In this document: positions 58,351-64,000 of the stretch, one piece after another
Position numbering within the stretch: position 1 is the first letter of the stretch
Layout of the letters: every line of letters starts with the position of its first letter
Assembly (NCBI GenBank): GCA_019326865.1
Contig: GCA_019326865.1_4101.1
Origin: a phage
Direction: 5' to 3' (one strand)
Length of the DNA stretch: 64,000 nt
Program-made: the position numbers and the translations under genes
Notes under the pieces: generated by a model
Databases searched by the model: none
What the model was told of the DNA's origin: nothing
The model's input: only the letters and a program-made list of their open reading frames with translations

Positions 58351-60492
58351 TTATGGTAGGGTTATGTACGTTACTGGTTGGGCGGCTTTTAATGATGCAC
58401 CAGCGGCAGTTGCTGTTATGATGGGATCTGCAATATCAATTCTATATACGTTATTAACAACATATACTGCACGAGTTATATACGTTTTCAAATCATCACC
58501 ATTTTCTCCAGCACCAGATATGATGATCTCAGTTCCCGCCGCTTTTGCATATTGGTTATCACCCCATGACACACCCAATGCTTCTATGTACGTTTGTCCT
58601 ACTACCGTTTGTCTAATTGTGTCATATTTTCCAAAAAATGAACCACCCACTGTTACAATATATTTTCCACCTGATTTTTTATGTATAATCGTTCCTTCTG
58701 GGAAGTATCTTCCACCAGGGAAAGTATCATATGGAATATAATATTGTTCAACTACAGGTATTAGTACTGGGCCACGATGACCAGTACCGTCAATAGCAGT
58801 TGTTACTTTAAAATTATTAGATGATTGGTCGATTCTATCTACATACATTTTAGAAAAACTATATTTTGAAACATTACAATCATCTTGAACAACACAGTTA
58901 GTCCAATTAGTATAAGTATATTTAGAGCGAGTATACATTCCCCCACCCTCACCTTCAGTGGAAAGGTGTTGTCCTATTACATCTAATTCTTTTGTTCTGA
59001 TATCACTAAACTTAGATGAAGATGGTAGACCACGCCAAAGAATTTTAGAACAAGTGATATTACTTAATTCTGTACTATTCAGCCAATTATCAGAACCAGA
59101 AGTATAAACGAATACGGAAGACTCTGGTATATAGAGATTGGAAATTTTAAAGTTTCTAGGTGGTCCAGCAAATCGACCAGCAGTTACCCCCCAGTTAATA
59201 GATACCATACGGTTTGTGATTGTAGGATCATTAAGTAAATGTCCGGTTAAACCATCAATTACAAACTCTTTTGAGCCATAAGTTATCACACCAGCAGTTG
59301 TTAATCCTGTACCAACAGAAATTAAAGATGATGGGTACACCTCATTGTCAAGTATTTTGAAATCCATCCCCAATTCGACATGGATGCATTGTCTAACATT
59401 ATAAAGTCTATTATTCTTAATAACAAAGTTTCTAACATATTGAGTATCAGGGGCATCCAAATCATAAGGACCAGAACCAGCTACACCGATACCAATACCC
59501 CAGTTTGAAAGCGGGATTGGTGCATCAGAGCCATCAACATTTTCAATTATATTACCTTCGATCACAAAACCATCAGGATAATGTGAGTTAATAACGTTCA
59601 ATTCAATTGCATCCCCGTAGATATCATGAATGTGGTTATATGAATAACGACCAACTTTCATTTTCTCACCAGTACCCTGTTGGAGAACGCCATATTTGCA
59701 TTTAGTCATTTCATTAAAGCAAAAATCAATTGTACCTGGTTGAGTCATACCTTGCATCAAAAACGCAGCAGTACTGGTAATGTTTATAAATTTATTAAAA
59801 TAAAATTTACCATCCCCACCAAAGAATTTCAAATAACATCCAGTAAGTGTGGTGAATTGAATTTGTGAATTAATAACGGATATCATAGTACCACCATTAC
59901 CAGTAATAGTGCCACCAAACCAAGTTACATCTTCCAAATATACTGCTTTTTTGATACGATAATTACCACCTGCTTGAATTTGTATTTTATTTTCTTTGGC
60001 ATAAGTTGCACACAAATTTACAGCTTCAGTGTCATCGGTTTCCCCATCTCCTTTCGCACCAAATTCTTCTGGTGTTATATAGAACTGTGCTTGTTGAACT
60101 GTGCCACCAGTAATAAGGCCAATGAAATCACCACCATTTTTACTTGATAGTACTTTTTTATTAATGTATAGTGATTTAATCCATGTGCCATTTGTTTTTA
60201 CGAAAATATCAACAATACCATCTTCATCAATTTGAAAATAAGTGTTATTGTTTTTTCCAATATCGCCAGACGGTGGTTGAACGCCAAATAAGGCATTTGG
60301 ATTATCTTCAAGGTATCTAACATTAACTGCTGAATCTTGGTCTGATGGTGTTCCTATCTTTAGTGGTAGGAACTTTTCACCGAGATAATCTTTTATCGAT
60401 ACGGAATCATTGACGAAATTTATCGAAGCACCATTTTTACCCAATATCATTTTTGGTTTCATGGTTCCTTCAAAATTAGAAAATACTGCCAT
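58351..60492 (-). CDS. tailspike with pectate-lyase-type beta-helix domain (putative depolymerase)
   Basis: FGAKGDGETDDTEAVNLCATYA is the hallmark start of pectate-lyase-superfamily beta-helix domains. Confidence 0.65.
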   Translation of the reverse strand: MAVFSNFEGTMKPKMILGKNGASINFVNDSVSIKDYLGEKFLPLKIGTPSDQDSAVNVRYLEDNPNALFGVQPPSGDIGKNNNTYFQIDEDGIVDIFVKTNGTWIKSLYINKKVLSSKNGGDFIGLITGGTVQQAQFYITPEEFGAKGDGETDDTEAVNLCATYAKENKIQIQAGGNYRIKKAVYLEDVTWFGGTITGNGGTMISVINSQIQFTTLTGCYLKFFGGDGKFYFNKFINITSTAAFLMQGMTQPGTIDFCFNEMTKCKYGVLQQGTGEKMKVGRYSYNHIHDIYGDAIELNVINSHYPDGFVIEGNIIENVDGSDAPIPLSNWGIGIGVAGSGPYDLDAPDTQYVRNFVIKNNRLYNVRQCIHVELGMDFKILDNEVYPSSLISVGTGLTTAGVITYGSKEFVIDGLTGHLLNDPTITNRMVSINWGVTAGRFAGPPRNFKISNLYIPESSVFVYTSGSDNWLNSTELSNITCSKILWRGLPSSSKFSDIRTKELDVIGQHLSTEGEGGGMYTRSKYTYTNWTNCVVQDDCNVSKYSFSKMYVDRIDQSSNNFKVTTAIDGTGHRGPVLIPVVEQYYIPYDTFPGGRYFPEGTIIHKKSGGKYIVTVGGSFFGKYDTIRQTVVGQTYIEALGVSWGDNQYAKAAGTEIIISGAGENGDDLKTYITRAVYVVNNVYRIDIADPIITATAAGASLKAAQPVTYITLP

Positions 60493-60504
60493 TGTGACAC
60501 CCCC

Positions 60505-61632
60505 TTAAATATTATCTTGAATAGGTTGGACCGGAGCTTGCCACGAAAGAGTACAAATAATTTCCATTTTACCATAAGGACTGTTATTTACTGAATCATT
60601 GAATACACATGAAATAATTTCATCTACATCTGAAACTTCATGATTTGTTTCATTAACGATAAAACGCATCTGGTGATTAATATCAAAGTAGGATGTTGGT
60701 GCAATGACTGTACCACCAATATTTTCGTTGGCTTCACCACCAAAACGAACAAACATATCGGTCACAGGAAGGGAGTAAGGTTGAAGAATATTTACATCAA
60801 TATTTGAAACCACATAACCCGCCGGACAAGTTCCTATAACTAATAGTGCGTTTGTCCATGAACGGTCAATAATATTTCTTATAGAAATTGTATCTTTACC
60901 TGGTGCACCCGGTTCACCTTGCTTACCTTGAATACCTTGTGGACCTTCTTTACCACGGAATAAAATACCACTACTCCATTCTTTTGATGGTGGGGTGGTA
61001 GTTGTTACTTCATCCACATAATAAAGCTTACCATCAGTGTTGTTATAGAAACAATAATCAATTGGGAGGTTTTCAATACTTGGAAATTGATCACCACTAC
61101 CATCAATATGAAAACGACCACGTGGACCTTGCTCACCACGGAAAGGAATACCATCACTCCATGTAGCTGTTACTTTTTGATAAAAATATAGTTTACCATC
61201 TTGTGTATTGTAAAATGTATAGTTATCAAAAAGACCAGAACTTGGAAAAGTAGTCCCTGCACTATCGATATGAAAAGGCTTACCAGCTTCACCAGTATCA
61301 CCTTTACCAAATTCTACACTAATCCATGTACTGGTTTGTTCTTGTGCATCATTTGATTTAAAATACAAAGTACTTGTGTTATTTGCCAAACTAAGGTAGC
61401 ACCAACCAAGTTGTTCACCAACTTTAAATTTGTCAGATGGTACTTCAAAACCAATCTCATTTGGATAAAAGTTCTTACCATTCTCACCATTCTGTCCGAC
61501 CACAAGACCCAAATCTTGAATTGTATTATCTGTATAGGTTACAATTAAATGACCAGCAGCATTAATAACTAGACTTTTGATGCCGGAGTTATTACATGAA
61601 CCACTGGACCCATTGTTAAATGTAATTGTCAT
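60505..61632 (-). CDS. collagen-like repeat-containing tail fibre protein
   Basis: G-X-Y runs: GEQGPRGRF, GKEGPQGIQGKQGEPGAPGKD. Confidence 0.65.
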   Translation of the reverse strand: MTITFNNGSSGSCNNSGIKSLVINAAGHLIVTYTDNTIQDLGLVVGQNGENGKNFYPNEIGFEVPSDKFKVGEQLGWCYLSLANNTSTLYFKSNDAQEQTSTWISVEFGKGDTGEAGKPFHIDSAGTTFPSSGLFDNYTFYNTQDGKLYFYQKVTATWSDGIPFRGEQGPRGRFHIDGSGDQFPSIENLPIDYCFYNNTDGKLYYVDEVTTTTPPSKEWSSGILFRGKEGPQGIQGKQGEPGAPGKDTISIRNIIDRSWTNALLVIGTCPAGYVVSNIDVNILQPYSLPVTDMFVRFGGEANENIGGTVIAPTSYFDINHQMRFIVNETNHEVSDVDEIISCVFNDSVNNSPYGKMEIICTLSWQAPVQPIQDNI

Positions 61633-61741
61633 ATTATTTCCCTTTTATGAGTTAATGTCATATACCAATATTTATCAGTACAAAATACATTTCGCCGCCA
61701 TTAATAAATAAATGAAAGTTCACTACTAAAAGGGCTTAACA

Positions 61742-62239
61742 ATGGCATTAAGATCAAAAAACTTTCTTTTTAAAAGAAAAACAAAAGATGGTTCATGGCA
61801 AGATTTTCCTGAATCCGATAGTTGGTATCCAGCTAATCTGGATTATCTTTGGAATGAACAAACATTACCACTGGCAAGTGGTGGCTACTATGGTAGCACT
61901 ACTGGGTTGCATACCATTTCATTTACACTACGTAATTTTATTGGTAGAATTTATGTATTAGCAACATTAGCTAGTAATCCAACAGACGATGATTGGTTCC
62001 CAATTAAATTCACTGAAAGTTGTAAATATTATCTTGAATTTACTGATATGGTTATTTTAAATCCAAACGGTGGTGATTTAATTAGACAACAAGGAACTAC
62101 TGGAACATTTGCTGAAACAGTAATAGGCAACTTTACATATATTAAAGTTGGTATTGATCGTGATTATATTAGTAAGTACCCGTCTGATGTACAAAAAAGT
62201 TTAGCGGGTAAGTTAGAACAAATTTTAATTAACTACTAA
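61742..62239 (+). CDS. hypothetical protein (structural?)
   Basis: 165 aa ORF after divergent intergenic region. Confidence 0.55.
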   Translation: MALRSKNFLFKRKTKDGSWQDFPESDSWYPANLDYLWNEQTLPLASGGYYGSTTGLHTISFTLRNFIGRIYVLATLASNPTDDDWFPIKFTESCKYYLEFTDMVILNPNGGDLIRQQGTTGTFAETVIGNFTYIKVGIDRDYISKYPSDVQKSLAGKLEQILINY

Positions 62240-62248
62240 GGATTAGAA

Positions 62249-62857
62249 ATGAAATTAGAAGCAGAACAACCAAAACTATTTGTTAAAGGTCATGTCCTAA
62301 TTACCGACGTTACTGATCCATCAAATCAAAAGGTCGTTTTAGATAAATCTAACGCTATTCACCCAGAAAATATGAGTACTGCGATTGCTAATTCTTTAGC
62401 ATATAATCAAGATAGTACCAGTATTCCTATTGGTTCAATTAGCGAGATGCGTTTTGGTAATGGTGGTACTGTAGTGTTAAGTACTGGGCGTGTCACTTAC
62501 AAAAAACCACGTGTAACTTCATTTGGTGGTTTGTATTCACAAACATATTTAAAAAAAATTAACCCTAGAATCACTGCTGGTATTGATTCACAATATAATA
62601 ATATAACAACGGTACATATCCCAGGACAATCATATACTGACATTGTGTGCATTTGTACTCTTGGTTTAGGTGAACCATCAGATCAAGGCGTAAGTTCAGG
62701 TACAAGTATGGATGGTACTTATGTGTTTGATGAATTGGGTCTATATACTGATGGTGATAGCGGTATTCCGTTAACACATATCATTTTTCACCCAGTTGAG
62801 AAAAGTGCAAACCGTGTGTTGCAAATTAAATACACAGTTCGTGTACAACTACAATAA
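62249..62857 (+). CDS. hypothetical protein (structural?)
   Basis: 202 aa ORF. Confidence 0.55.
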   Translation: MKLEAEQPKLFVKGHVLITDVTDPSNQKVVLDKSNAIHPENMSTAIANSLAYNQDSTSIPIGSISEMRFGNGGTVVLSTGRVTYKKPRVTSFGGLYSQTYLKKINPRITAGIDSQYNNITTVHIPGQSYTDIVCICTLGLGEPSDQGVSSGTSMDGTYVFDELGLYTDGDSGIPLTHIIFHPVEKSANRVLQIKYTVRVQLQ

Positions 62858-62869
62858 TGGGGTCAAATA

Positions 62870-63970
62870 ATGAGTATAAGTTATACAATTTATAGAAGTA
62901 ATGGTAGTGTTTATGCTACTATTCCAAATAATGTTATTCTGGGGCCAAACCAACCAGGAAGTAATCCAGTTCCGTTAAATTTCGTTGGCAGGAATAAAGT
63001 AAGTTACGGGCAAGCATGGAATGAAAACTTTTTACATTTAGTTGAGAACTTCAGTTCAGCTTCTGCCCCACGCGGGAACGTTAAAGGACAACTTTGGTAC
63101 AAAAATGCTGGCAGTACTGGTGAATTGTTGATATCATTAGTAGATAATGCCAGACAACCAGTAGATGTTGCAAGTGAAGCTGAGTGGGCTTCTATTCCCA
63201 TGATTACAGTGTTCAATACCGTACCGGATGGTGAAAATAGCGTCATGGGTCGCATGGTATTAACTAGTAATGGTGACTCACTTCGTGTATTAATGAAAAA
63301 CAAAGAATGGCGTGAAATCCAAACATCACGACCAGAGAACAAAGAATATTCATCATTATTGGATATTAATTATGATAATGGAAAAAAATACATCGAGTTC
63401 ACACAAAATGATAGTACCAAGCCCATTGCATATTTTAACTTAGGCGGCACTTCTCAAGTAGATACTAACAACTGGACAACCTTAACTAATGGTACTGGTG
63501 TATTTGAATTCGGTAGTAACTATTTTTATGAATTAAAAATTATGATTAGAGAGGTAAATGATTCATCTGGTGAAATTGTCTCAATTCCATACAACTCCAA
63601 AACATTTTTTATTAAAGGACAATTTTATGTAGATAATCAAGGAACTTTTGTTCCTGGTTCAGTTGGGGCAAGTCAAATGCCAGATCCACGTAGAATTACA
63701 CAGTTAGAATCAATTAAGGACGTTATCACCAGTACTCGCCCGAACTGGGACGTGAATATTGTTATTAATGGGGTTGATCCATCTCTACCTAATCCTAATG
63801 GTACATCCAAAGCAGACTATGAAAGCTGGGTTATCAACTCACTAAACTCAAATAAAAACTTAGGTTTTAGAGTAGATGGAAGTATTGGTAATCTTGCTCC
63901 AGGTGAATCTGTGAAGCTTCAAGCATCAGTTCTATTAAATATTACAGGTATTCCAATTATTGGTGTGTAA
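62870..63970 (+). CDS. hypothetical protein (structural?)
   Basis: 366 aa ORF. Confidence 0.55.
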   Translation: MSISYTIYRSNGSVYATIPNNVILGPNQPGSNPVPLNFVGRNKVSYGQAWNENFLHLVENFSSASAPRGNVKGQLWYKNAGSTGELLISLVDNARQPVDVASEAEWASIPMITVFNTVPDGENSVMGRMVLTSNGDSLRVLMKNKEWREIQTSRPENKEYSSLLDINYDNGKKYIEFTQNDSTKPIAYFNLGGTSQVDTNNWTTLTNGTGVFEFGSNYFYELKIMIREVNDSSGEIVSIPYNSKTFFIKGQFYVDNQGTFVPGSVGASQMPDPRRITQLESIKDVITSTRPNWDVNIVINGVDPSLPNPNGTSKADYESWVINSLNSNKNLGFRVDGSIGNLAPGESVKLQASVLLNITGIPIIGV

Positions 63971-63975
63971 AAAAA

Positions 63976-63998
63976 AGGAGCCACTTGGCTCCTTTTTT
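63976..63998 (+). terminator. intrinsic terminator
   Basis: stem AGGAGCC/GGCTCCT, loop ACTT, T6 run. Confidence 0.7.
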
Positions 63999-64000
63999 AA

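Overview
AT-rich (about one-third GC, judged by eye) 64-kb segment of a large virulent contractile-tailed phage. Genes are tightly packed on the + strand from 0 to 48.6 kb, followed by a minus-strand tail-fibre/tailspike block (48.6-61.6 kb) and a new + strand block. Gene content is partly T4-like (nrdG, tk, td, dNMP kinase, glutaredoxin, Nudix, GH24-type lysozyme, gp18-like sheath) but the order is not T4 synteny. A spanin pair with a lipobox, NrdG and a GrcA-like protein suggest a Gram-negative facultatively anaerobic host. Accessory genes recognised by motif include a ribosome hibernation factor, a CCA-adding enzyme, a macro-domain protein, an ACP-like protein, a Pol-beta-type nucleotidyltransferase, a Dps-like protein and a MoxR ATPase/VWA pair. 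No rRNA, tRNA or CRISPR array could be supported. The best candidates for something undescribed are the GC-elevated ORF-free island at 13.3-14.0 kb, the 664-aa repeat-plus-nuclease protein at 28.6-30.6 kb, the MoxR/VWA module, and the translation/tRNA-directed accessory cluster at 21.9-26.8 kb. All calls rest on reading the sequence and ORF translations against remembered family signatures; no database search was run.
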